From the sequence record NC_055708.1: 64,000 nucleotides of DNA; one strand, written 5' to 3'. Positions within the stretch are counted from its first letter, which is position 1; each line of letters opens with the position of its first letter. This DNA is from Enterobacteria phage ATK47. Shown in pieces: positions 26,620 to 35,141 of the stretch. The notes under the pieces were generated by a model. It was given only the letters and a program-made list of their open reading frames with translations. It was not told the DNA's origin and searched no databases. A program made the translations under genes and the position numbers.

Positions 26620-26885
26620 AATTAACTCGAATCAGTATAACTGAAGAAAAGCTGGGCGAATTTTACATCGACAACTTTATGAAAGTCACGTATTTTCCAT
26701 TCGTTAAAGGTGTTGGTTTTTGGGAAACTCATGTATCTCAATTAAACGAAGGCGACTATAACGAAACACATGAGAACTTTTTAGATTTTCTTTATAACGC
26801 CGGTCTTACTGAGCTTTATATCGATATCCATGAGTTCAAACGTTTAATGGAAAAAGTGTTTCAGGCTTATTGTTTGCTCCGATAG
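26616..26885 (+). CDS. Hypothetical protein
   Basis: ORF. Confidence 0.4.
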   Translation: MKLTRISITEEKLGEFYIDNFMKVTYFPFVKGVGFWETHVSQLNEGDYNETHENFLDFLYNAGLTELYIDIHEFKRLMEKVFQAYCLLR

Positions 26886-26899
26886 TATCTCGTGCTTTA

Positions 26900-26935
26900 A
26901 GATAGGTCTCTAAATATTATGATATAATAGACCTA
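26900..26935 (+). promoter_or_regulatory. Promoter-like element with hairpin ataggtct/agacctat around TATAAT
   Basis: -35 hexamer unclear. Confidence 0.4.
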
Positions 26936-26957
26936 TGAATTGAGCCAAGAGGTACTT

Positions 26958-27515
26958 ATGACTGAACAAAAACCTAAAAATAACTATGTGAATAATAAAG
27001 AGCTTCTCGCTGCTATAATCGAGTGGAAAAAGGAGCTCTTAAATAATAAAGACCCAAACAAAATTATTCGTCAGAATGATACCATCGGTTTAGCAATTAT
27101 GCTTATCGCCGAAGGCCTGTCCAAACGTTTCAACTTTTCAGGATATACCCAGTCTTGGAAGCAGGAGATGATTGCAGATGGGATTGAAGCCTCTATTAAG
27201 GGACTTCATAATTTCGACGAAACTAAGTACAATAACCCACATGCATACATAACTCGAGCTTGTTTTAATGCTTTTGTCCAACGTATCAAAAAAGAACGTA
27301 AGGAAGTTGCAAAGAAATATAGTTACTTCGTTCATAACGTCTACGACAGTCATGACGATGATATGGTAGCGTTGGTAGATGAAACGTTTATTCAAGACAT
27401 CTACGATAAAATGACGCATTATGAAGAATCCGCTTATAAAGCTCCTGGGGCTGAAAAGAAGGAAGTTGTTAGCGATTCGCCTAGTTTGGATTTTTTATAT
27501 GAGGATGACAATTGA
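26958..27515 (+). CDS. 55: Late-transcription sigma factor gp55
   Basis: 185 aa; near-identical to T4 gp55 as recalled (NYVNNKELL...[24 protein letters not shown]). Confidence 0.95.
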   Translation: MTEQKPKNNYVNNKELLAAIIEWKKELLNNKDPNKIIRQNDTIGLAIMLIAEGLSKRFNFSGYTQSWKQEMIADGIEASIKGLHNFDETKYNNPHAYITRACFNAFVQRIKKERKEVAKKYSYFVHNVYDSHDDDMVALVDETFIQDIYDKMTHYEESAYKAPGAEKKEVVSDSPSLDFLYEDDN

Positions 27516-27714
27516 TATCTCTAACTACTTAGAAGAACCTTTTGACGAAGCAATCCCTTATTTGGTAAAACTGTTGGGCCGAGAATTTAAAATTAATTTT
27601 GACATCGACCCTTTGAACCCACATGACGTGTCATTTTCGATAAATGGGACTCCAGTTGAGTACGAGTTCTGTATTGAAGAGGACGGACGTTTTTATTTTA
27701 ATTTAATGAGATAA
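27505..27714 (+). CDS. Hypothetical small protein
   Basis: ORF; start chosen to avoid overlap with gene 55. Confidence 0.3.
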   Translation: MTIDISNYLEEPFDEAIPYLVKLLGREFKINFDIDPLNPHDVSFSINGTPVEYEFCIEEDGRFYFNLMR

Positions 27715-27715
27715 T

Positions 27716-28039
27716 ATGACTACCGAGATTATTGAAAATAAAGAAGCAGAAGATGCAGTAGCTAAAATGCTACAAGAAATCCAAAAGAAAAACGAAGCTG
27801 AAGCACGTAAAAAATCCGAAAAGATTCTTAAAAAGAATCGTTTTGAACTAAACCGTCTTTATGCTCATGCTCAAGAAGCAGCAATTCAAAACAACTTCGA
27901 AGCTTACGAATACGCTATTAAGAAATCTCGGGATATTCTACGACAACCATATAATGACAAGTTAATTAAAATCCAGTGGGTTACTACTCGTCAGGCTATT
28001 GAGGACATCATTAATGGCGCTAGTTCAAACAAAGTTTAA
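27716..28039 (+). CDS. Hypothetical helical protein
   Basis: ORF. Confidence 0.4.
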   Translation: MTTEIIENKEAEDAVAKMLQEIQKKNEAEARKKSEKILKKNRFELNRLYAHAQEAAIQNNFEAYEYAIKKSRDILRQPYNDKLIKIQWVTTRQAIEDIINGASSNKV

Positions 28040-28220
28040 ACGTCTGAAGCTGAACGCAGGGTTCACCGTTAAATTGGGTGGTCCTCTTTGTGTTAAAATT
28101 TCTGAAAAGGAATATCACGACGGTTCTATTACAGAAATTTGTCCGCCTATTGTAAAGGCAGACCCAAAACAACTCGTGTGGGTTGATTCATTTCAAGTTA
28201 AGAAATGGTGGAAACGATGA
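28014..28220 (+). CDS. Hypothetical small protein
   Basis: ORF. Confidence 0.3.
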   Translation: MALVQTKFKRLKLNAGFTVKLGGPLCVKISEKEYHDGSITEICPPIVKADPKQLVWVDSFQVKKWWKR

Positions 28221-28432
28221 GAGAAATCGATTTAGGCATTTTCCGAGAGGTGCTTATGCATGATGAACATCCCGACTTCTGAAAATTTCGATAAAATCCG
28301 TAAAGGCAAAGCAGAAAGAATGAGACGTTTTAAAGAGTCTTATGATAAAGCTAAAGCCGAAGGAACTATTACGTACAAGCCCATTCGATTTAAAAGTCCA
28401 AATGAGCCTCTGTACGGTGTACTATGTGGATA

Positions 28433-28457
28433 GGAACTCTTCGGAGTTCCTTTTTTG
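28433..28457 (+). terminator. Rho-independent terminator (UUCG tetraloop)
   Basis: ggaactc-ttcg-gagttcc + TTTTTT. Confidence 0.75.
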
Positions 28458-28502
28458 CTTTATAAACGGATGATAGAATGAATTAACTAATGAGGAAATA
28501 AT

Positions 28503-29522
28503 ATGAAAATTTTGCACTTAGGAGACTTCCATATCGGAGTCAAACAAGATGACCCATGGGTTCAAGATATTCAACGTGATGGTATTCGTCAAGCAATTGA
28601 ATACTCTAAGAAACACGGGATTAAAACTTGGATTCAGTACGGTGATTGGTTCGACGTCCGTAAAGCAATAACACATCGTACAATGGAATTCAATCGTGAA
28701 ATCGTTGATATGATTTCTAAAGCAGGCATTCACGTTCATGTCACGATAGGAAACCATGACATGGCGTTTAAGAATACAATAACACCTAACACTGTTTCTG
28801 AATTGTTAACTCAATTTGAAAACTTTACTATTTACGAACATCCAACTACTGTAGATTTTGATGGATGTCTGATTGATATCGTTCCATGGATGTGTGAAGA
28901 AAATACAGGTGAAATCTTAGAGCATATCAAGACTTCTTCTGCTGCGTATTGTGTTGGGCACTGGGAACTGAATGGCTTTTATTTCTATAAAGGAATGAAG
29001 TCTCATGGGCTTGAACCTGATTTCTTAAAGACCTATAAACAAGTCTGGTCCGGCCACTTCCACACAATCTCTGAAGCTGCTAACGTCAAATATATTGGGA
29101 CACCATGGACCCTTACTGCAGGTGACGAGAACGACCCACGTGGATTCTGGGTATTTGACACTGATGTTGAACGTATGGAATTTATTCCTAATGAAACGAC
29201 ATGGCATCGACGAATCACTTATCCATTTAAAGGCAAAATCAATTATTCTGATTATACTAATCTAGCCGTACGTGTTATAGTATCAGAAATTGATTCAGAG
29301 TTGACTAAGTTTGAATCTGAACTTGAAAAAGTAGTTCACTCTCTTCGTATGGTTTCTAAAGTTGATAACAGTGTTGAATCTGATGACGACCAGGAAATCG
29401 AGATTAAATCACTTCAAGATATCATTAAAGAATATATTGACGCGATTCCAGATATCTCAGACGAAGACAGAGAAGCGCTGGTCAAATATTCCAACGAACT
29501 TTATATTGAGGCAACACAATGA
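28503..29522 (+). CDS. 47: Recombination nuclease subunit gp47 (Mre11-like)
   Basis: Phosphoesterase motifs (LHLGDFH, GNHD); T4 gp47-like. Confidence 0.95.
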   Translation: MKILHLGDFHIGVKQDDPWVQDIQRDGIRQAIEYSKKHGIKTWIQYGDWFDVRKAITHRTMEFNREIVDMISKAGIHVHVTIGNHDMAFKNTITPNTVSELLTQFENFTIYEHPTTVDFDGCLIDIVPWMCEENTGEILEHIKTSSAAYCVGHWELNGFYFYKGMKSHGLEPDFLKTYKQVWSGHFHTISEAANVKYIGTPWTLTAGDENDPRGFWVFDTDVERMEFIPNETTWHRRITYPFKGKINYSDYTNLAVRVIVSEIDSELTKFESELEKVVHSLRMVSKVDNSVESDDDQEIEIKSLQDIIKEYIDAIPDISDEDREALVKYSNELYIEATQ

Positions 29523-29776
29523 CTTTAGATGAATTTAACAATGCTGGGCTTGGGCTTGAAGTTGAAATAGACGTTAAAGATGATGATGGATTCGAGAACA
29601 CTATCAAGTATTGGATTGAGCCATTACGCGTTGAAGGCAATGAAGTTAAAGCCGTTCATGTCTGTACCGACTGGGCTATTGAATTTAGCTTTAATATAAT
29701 GGACAACGATACTCCTGGCTCTATTCTTAAAATGGCTGAAGCGTGTATTGAGGATGCGTATAATGACGAAGACTGA
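29519..29776 (+). CDS. Hypothetical protein
   Basis: ATGA overlap. Confidence 0.4.
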   Translation: MTLDEFNNAGLGLEVEIDVKDDDGFENTIKYWIEPLRVEGNEVKAVHVCTDWAIEFSFNIMDNDTPGSILKMAEACIEDAYNDED

Positions 29777-30002
29777 CTATGAAATCCATCGTCACGAATT
29801 TAGTATTGGTGACGGTTATATTGGTATCGTTGAATGGACTGAGAATTACGAGGAATCAACTCCTCGTTTCTTTGGAACAATGTATGTTACCTGTGAGTAC
29901 GCACCAGGTGTTGTTATGTATGCAGAACTAGATGAATATTTTGCTGATAGGGATGACATGTTAAAATATGTAGAGGACTTCATTCGAAGAGAATACATAT
30001 GA
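29763..30002 (+). CDS. Hypothetical protein
   Basis: ORF. Confidence 0.4.
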   Translation: MTKTDYEIHRHEFSIGDGYIGIVEWTENYEESTPRFFGTMYVTCEYAPGVVMYAELDEYFADRDDMLKYVEDFIRREYI

Positions 30003-31687
30003 AATCATTTAAATTAAATCGTGTTCGTTATCAAAACATCATGTCGGTAGGTGGGAATCCTATTGATATCCAATTAGATAAAGTCCAAAAGACATTAATC
30101 ACTGGTAAAAATGGTGGTGGTAAATCTACGATGTTAGAAGCCATTACTTTCGGACTTTTCGGTAAACCATTTCGTGATGTTAAGAAAGGACAAATCATTA
30201 ATAGCACGAACAAGAAAGAGCTCTTAGTTGAGCTTTGGATGGAATTCGATGATAAAAAATACTTCATTAAACGAGGCCAAAAGCCCAATATTTTCGAAAT
30301 CTCCGTTGACGGTGTTCGTCTTGATGAATCTGCCAGCAGTCGTGACTTCCAAGAAGAATTTGAACGTAGCATCGGAATGTCATACGCGTCTTTTAAACAG
30401 ATCGTTGTGCTTGGGACGGCAGGGTATACCCCTTTCATGGCTCTTAGCACCCCTGCTCGCAGAAAGCTTGTTGAAGACTTATTAGAAGTTGGAACACTAG
30501 CTGAAATGGATAAAATCAATAAGTCTCAAGTTCGAGAACTTAATTCCCAGGGACAAGTTCTCGATGCCAAGAAAGATGGTATTATCCAACAAATTAAGAT
30601 TTATAACGAGAATATCGAACGTCAAAAGAAATTATCTGGCGATAATGTAGCGCGTCTACAGAATATGTATGACGACCTAGCCAAAGAAGCTCGTTCATTA
30701 AAAGCAGAAATTGAAGAAGCTAACGAGCGTCTACTTAATATCGTTCTTGACGAAGACCCTACTGAGGCATTCAACAAGATCGGACAAGAAGCATTCTTGA
30801 TTAAATCTAAAATTGACTCATATAACAAAGTTATTAAGATGTATCATGATGGCGGTACATGTCCTACTTGCGCATCACAGTTGCACCAGGGTGACCCTAT
30901 TGTCTCTAAGATTACCGATAAGCTTCATGAATGTAATCACTCATTCGAGCAACTTACCTGCCACAGAGATAATCTGAGTGTCCTAGTGGACGAATATCGA
31001 GCTAATGTTAAGACTAAACAGGACCTTGCATCCGATATCCGTACCAAGAAACAAGCAATGATTGCCACTATTGATAAAGCTAAGAAAGTTAAAGCTGCAA
31101 TAGAGCAAGCCTCGGCGGAATTTATCGACCATGCCGATGAGATAGCTTTGCTTCAAAAAGAACTTGATAAAATCATTAAAACAAAATCAGATATCGTTCT
31201 TGAAAAATACCATCGTGGTATTATCACAGATATGTTAAAAGATTCTGGTATTAAAGGTGCTATCATTAAAAAATATGTGCCTCTGTTCAACAAGCAGATT
31301 AACCATTATCTTAAAATCATGGAAGCCGATTACGTGTTTTCTATTGATGAAGAATTCAATGAATCTATAAAATCACGTGGTCGTGAAGATTTTAGTTATG
31401 CTTCATTTAGTCAAGGTGAAAAGGCACGTATCGATATCGCATTGTTGTTTACATGGCGAGATATTGCTGAAAAGGTCTCTGGTGTTAGAATCAATACATT
31501 AATTATGGACGAAGTCATGGATTCCGCGACTGATTCTGAAGGTATTAAAGCTATTTCAACAATTCTTAACTCTCTAACCGATGCAAACGTGTTTATAATT
31601 AGTCACAGAGACCATGACCCACAAGCTTATGGACAACATCTTCAGATGAGTAAAGTTGGACGATTTACTGTAATGTCTGTTTCATAA
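29999..31687 (+). CDS. 46: Recombination ATPase gp46 (Rad50/SbcC-like)
   Basis: Walker A GKNGGGKST, coiled coil, CxxC hook, signature/Walker B region. Confidence 0.95.
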   Translation: MKSFKLNRVRYQNIMSVGGNPIDIQLDKVQKTLITGKNGGGKSTMLEAITFGLFGKPFRDVKKGQIINSTNKKELLVELWMEFDDKKYFIKRGQKPNIFEISVDGVRLDESASSRDFQEEFERSIGMSYASFKQIVVLGTAGYTPFMALSTPARRKLVEDLLEVGTLAEMDKINKSQVRELNSQGQVLDAKKDGIIQQIKIYNENIERQKKLSGDNVARLQNMYDDLAKEARSLKAEIEEANERLLNIVLDEDPTEAFNKIGQEAFLIKSKIDSYNKVIKMYHDGGTCPTCASQLHQGDPIVSKITDKLHECNHSFEQLTCHRDNLSVLVDEYRANVKTKQDLASDIRTKKQAMIATIDKAKKVKAAIEQASAEFIDHADEIALLQKELDKIIKTKSDIVLEKYHRGIITDMLKDSGIKGAIIKKYVPLFNKQINHYLKIMEADYVFSIDEEFNESIKSRGREDFSYASFSQGEKARIDIALLFTWRDIAEKVSGVRINTLIMDEVMDSATDSEGIKAISTILNSLTDANVFIISHRDHDPQAYGQHLQMSKVGRFTVMSVS

Positions 31688-31690
31688 ACG

Positions 31691-31722
31691 CTTTAACACG
31701 ATGTGGTTATAATGACCACATC
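31691..31722 (+). promoter_or_regulatory. Promoter with hairpin gatgtggt/accacatc flanking TATAAT
   Basis: Read directly. Confidence 0.45.
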
Positions 31723-31741
31723 AAATTAAATGGAGAACAAC

Positions 31742-31930
31742 ATGGAGTATTCAACCGGTCAACATCTTCTCGTTGTCCCTGAAATTAAAAAATATGTTTT
31801 GACCAATACGTTTTCAGGTGAAGAACATATTGTTACTGAACAAATGCTCAAATCTGCTTTTAAAGATGAGTATAATAAAATAATGTCTAATCGCAATTCC
31901 GCATGGACAGTTACTGACTTCTACGAATAA
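31742..31930 (+). CDS. Hypothetical small protein
   Basis: ORF with SD GGAGA. Confidence 0.35.
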   Translation: MEYSTGQHLLVVPEIKKYVLTNTFSGEEHIVTEQMLKSAFKDEYNKIMSNRNSAWTVTDFYE

Positions 31931-31942
31931 GAGAGAAATAAT

Positions 31943-32359
31943 ATGTTTACTACTGCTAAAGGTTTCACTGCTGCTGATCTGAAAGTTACTTCTATCCGTA
32001 CTGACGCTAACCCACATAACCATAATCGTGTTCGTAAAGCATGGGTCCTGCATTGTGATGACGCAAGTGCTAAAAAGCTTCAATCTTTGCCACAAGAAAC
32101 TCGTTTTATGATTTATGGTTTTATTGATAACGATGTATCTGATATGTGGATTCATCTGATGCGTAAGCACTATAAAGATTCTATTGAAGCTGGTGGAAAA
32201 ATCGTTCTTGATAAAGATGGTTCTGAGCGTCTGGAAGATTTCTACTGTGTTGATGCCGACGAACAATTAATTGCAGCCGGCGAAATTGTTGCTTCTAAAA
32301 TTCCAGAATATATTGAATCGCTGCCTGAAGCTATTAAAAAGCAGATGGTTGCTGCGTAA
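31943..32359 (+). CDS. Hypothetical protein (sits where T4 rpbA/45.2 would be)
   Basis: Position between 46 and 45 only. Confidence 0.4.
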   Translation: MFTTAKGFTAADLKVTSIRTDANPHNHNRVRKAWVLHCDDASAKKLQSLPQETRFMIYGFIDNDVSDMWIHLMRKHYKDSIEAGGKIVLDKDGSERLEDFYCVDADEQLIAAGEIVASKIPEYIESLPEAIKKQMVAA

Positions 32360-32399
32360 TAAATTTGTTATACTTTGAATTGTCTTGAAAGGAAATAAA

Positions 32400-33086
32400 A
32401 TGAAACTGTCTAAAGATACTATCGCTATTCTGAAAAACTTTGCCTCTATTAACTCCGGTATTCTGCTGAGTCAAGGTAAATTTATTATGACCCGTGCAGT
32501 TAATGGCACCACTTATGCGGAAGCAAATATCTCTGATGAAATTGATTTTGACGTAGCACTTTATGATTTGAATAGCTTCTTAAGCATTTTGAGTCTAGTG
32601 TCTGATGATGCTGAAATTTCAATGCACACTGATGGCAATATTAAAATTGCAGATACACGTTCCACAGTTTATTGGCCTGCTGCCGACAAGAGCACCATTG
32701 TTTTTCCTAATAAGCCAATTCAATTCCCAGTGGCTTCTGTGATTACTGAAATTAAAGCTGAAGACCTTCAACAATTGCTTCGAGTTTCACGTGGTCTCCA
32801 GATTGATACAATTGCTATTACAAATAAAGATGGTAAAATTGTTATCAATGGTTACAATAAAGTTGAAGATTCTGGCTTGACTCGTCCTAAGTATTCTTTG
32901 ACTCTTACCGATTATGATGGTTCTAACAACTTTAACTTCGTAATCAATATGGCTAATATGAAAATCCAGCCAGGTAACTATAAAGTAATGTTGTGGGGAG
33001 CTGGTGATAAAGTTGCAGCCAAGTTTGAAAGCTCTCAAGTAAGTTATGTTATTGCAATGGAAGCCGATTCTACTCACGACTTCTAA
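32400..33086 (+). CDS. 45: Sliding clamp gp45
   Basis: 228 aa; near-identical to T4 gp45 as recalled. Confidence 0.97.
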   Translation: MKLSKDTIAILKNFASINSGILLSQGKFIMTRAVNGTTYAEANISDEIDFDVALYDLNSFLSILSLVSDDAEISMHTDGNIKIADTRSTVYWPAADKSTIVFPNKPIQFPVASVITEIKAEDLQQLLRVSRGLQIDTIAITNKDGKIVINGYNKVEDSGLTRPKYSLTLTDYDGSNNFNFVINMANMKIQPGNYKVMLWGAGDKVAAKFESSQVSYVIAMEADSTHDF

Positions 33087-33119
33087 GTCAAAGCTTTACG
33101 TTTAATGTAGTACGATTAT

Positions 33120-33135
33120 GGAGGAGAAATCCTCC
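33120..33135 (+). promoter_or_regulatory. Stable hairpin ggagga-GAAA-tcctcc upstream of gene 44
   Basis: Perfect 6-bp stem with GNRA loop, no T-run. Confidence 0.4.
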
Positions 33136-33161
33136 AGATTAATGATAATGAGGAAAATTAC

Positions 33162-34124
33162 ATGATTACTATCAATTCCAAAGAACACATTCTAGAACAG
33201 AAATATCGTCCTTCTTCCATCGACGAATGTATTCTGCCTGCGTATGACCATGAAACATTCAAGTCTTTAGTATCTAAAGGAAAACTTCCTCATATTATTT
33301 TGCACTCTCCTTCTCCTGGTACAGGTAAAACAACCGTAGCAAAAGCATTATGTAATGATATCAATGCCGAAATGATGTTCGTCAACGGTTCTGATTGTAA
33401 GATTGATTTTGTGCGTGGTCCGTTAACTGCATTCGCTCGTTCAGTCTCAATGGAAGGCAAGCCTAAAGTTATTGTTATTGATGAATTTGACCGTAGTGGC
33501 CTCGCCGAATCACAACGTCACCTTCGTACGTTTATGGAAGAATTCTCTAGTAACTGCTCTATTATTATCACTGCTAACAATATTGATGGAATTATTGAAC
33601 CATTACGTAGTCGTTGTCGAGTTATCGAATTCGGTCGTCCGACTGAAGAAGATAAAATCTCGATGATGAAGAAAATGATTCATCGTATGGTTGAAATCTG
33701 TAAGAACGAAAATATCGAAATCGCTGATATGAAAGTTGTTGCAGCTCTGGTTAAAAAGAACTTCCCAGACTTTCGTCGTACAATTGGCCAATTAGACCAG
33801 TACTCGTCTAAAGGTGTTCTTGATGCAGGTATTCTGTCTATCGTAACTAATGACCGTGGCACAGTCTCTGATGTTATCGAAGCAATGAAGAACAAAGATA
33901 TCAAACAACTTCGTGCATTAGCTCCAAAATATGCTGCAGATTATTCATGGTTCATCGATAAATTAGTTTCAGAATGTTACGACCAAGTTGCACCTGGTAA
34001 AAGTATTATTTCGCTTTACGAAATTGCAGGCGAAAATAATAAGTTTCATGGACTAGCAAGTAATATTGAATTACATGTTATGTATATGCTTCTTCAACTG
34101 ACCTGTGAACTGACTTGGAAATAA
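33162..34124 (+). CDS. 44: Clamp loader large subunit gp44
   Basis: Walker [11 protein letters not shown]; T4 gp44-like. Confidence 0.95.
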   Translation: MITINSKEHILEQKYRPSSIDECILPAYDHETFKSLVSKGKLPHIILHSPSPGTGKTTVAKALCNDINAEMMFVNGSDCKIDFVRGPLTAFARSVSMEGKPKVIVIDEFDRSGLAESQRHLRTFMEEFSSNCSIIITANNIDGIIEPLRSRCRVIEFGRPTEEDKISMMKKMIHRMVEICKNENIEIADMKVVAALVKKNFPDFRRTIGQLDQYSSKGVLDAGILSIVTNDRGTVSDVIEAMKNKDIKQLRALAPKYAADYSWFIDKLVSECYDQVAPGKSIISLYEIAGENNKFHGLASNIELHVMYMLLQLTCELTWK

Positions 34125-34125
34125 T

Positions 34126-34689
34126 ATGAACTTATTCGATGATGACGTCCAGCTTAACGAGCACCAAATTGCATGGAAGTCTAATGACGCTGATGCGATT
34201 CAAAAATGTGCTGATATGTTTAAAGAAAAACCTGAGAATGAATTCTTTAAAATCATTAATGCTATTAATGAAAAGAAATCTATGTCAATTGCTCAGGTCG
34301 ACTACTCAAAATTTATGGTTGAGAACTCATTATCCCAGTTCCCAGAATGTATGCCAGCCGTTTACATGATGAACTTAGTCGGTTCTGAATTAAGTGATGA
34401 AGCGCACTTCAACTATATGATGGCGGCAATTCCACGTGGTCGTCGATTCTCTAAATGGGCTAAACTAGTCGAAGACACTTCAGAGTTACTAGTTATCAAA
34501 CTGTTGATGAAACATTACACAATCAACATGAACGATGCTACCGAGTATAAGCGGCTCCTTGAAAAAAATAACAAGTTGCCAATAGTCCTTAAAGAACTGA
34601 AGGCCATGGTCACTGATGAATTTCTCAAAGAAGTTACTAAAAACGTAAAAGAACAAAAACAATTTAAAAAATTAGCATTGGAATGGTAA
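34126..34689 (+). CDS. 62: Clamp loader small subunit gp62
   Basis: 187 aa; position and similarity to T4 gp62. Confidence 0.9.
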   Translation: MNLFDDDVQLNEHQIAWKSNDADAIQKCADMFKEKPENEFFKIINAINEKKSMSIAQVDYSKFMVENSLSQFPECMPAVYMMNLVGSELSDEAHFNYMMAAIPRGRRFSKWAKLVEDTSELLVIKLLMKHYTINMNDATEYKRLLEKNNKLPIVLKELKAMVTDEFLKEVTKNVKEQKQFKKLALEW

Positions 34690-34691
34690 AA

Positions 34692-35060
34692 ATGATTGAA
34701 ATTAAATTGAAGAACCCTGAAGATTTTCTTAAAGTCAAAGAGACTTTGACCCGTATGGGCATCGCTAATAACAAAGATAAAGTCCTTTACCAGTCTTGTC
34801 ATATCCTCCAAAAGCAAGGTAAGTACTATATTGTCCACTTTAAAGAAATGTTGCGTATGGACGGACGTCAGGTTGATATTGATGGTGAAGACTATCAGCG
34901 ACGTGATTCGATTGCTCAGTTGCTTGAAGACTGGGGATTGATTGTTATTGAAGACTCTGCTCGTGAAGATCTGTTTGGCCTGACTAATAACTTCCGTGTT
35001 ATCTCTTTTAAACAGAAAGATGACTGGACTTTGAAAGCAAAATATACAATTGGTAATTAA
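34692..35060 (+). CDS. regA: Translational repressor RegA
   Basis: 122 aa; near-identical to T4 RegA as recalled. Confidence 0.95.
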   Translation: MIEIKLKNPEDFLKVKETLTRMGIANNKDKVLYQSCHILQKQGKYYIVHFKEMLRMDGRQVDIDGEDYQRRDSIAQLLEDWGLIVIEDSAREDLFGLTNNFRVISFKQKDDWTLKAKYTIGN

Positions 35061-35065
35061 AGCAA

Positions 35066-35094
35066 TGGGACTTCGGTCCCATTTGGAGTATAAT
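35066..35094 (+). terminator. Terminator hairpin (tgggac-ttcg-gtccca + TTT) immediately followed by a TATAAT -10 element
   Basis: Read directly; -10 at 35089-35094. Confidence 0.6.
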
Positions 35095-35141
35095 AAGTTC
35101 ATCAACAAACAAAAGACAATAACTCGTCTAAAGGAAATTAA

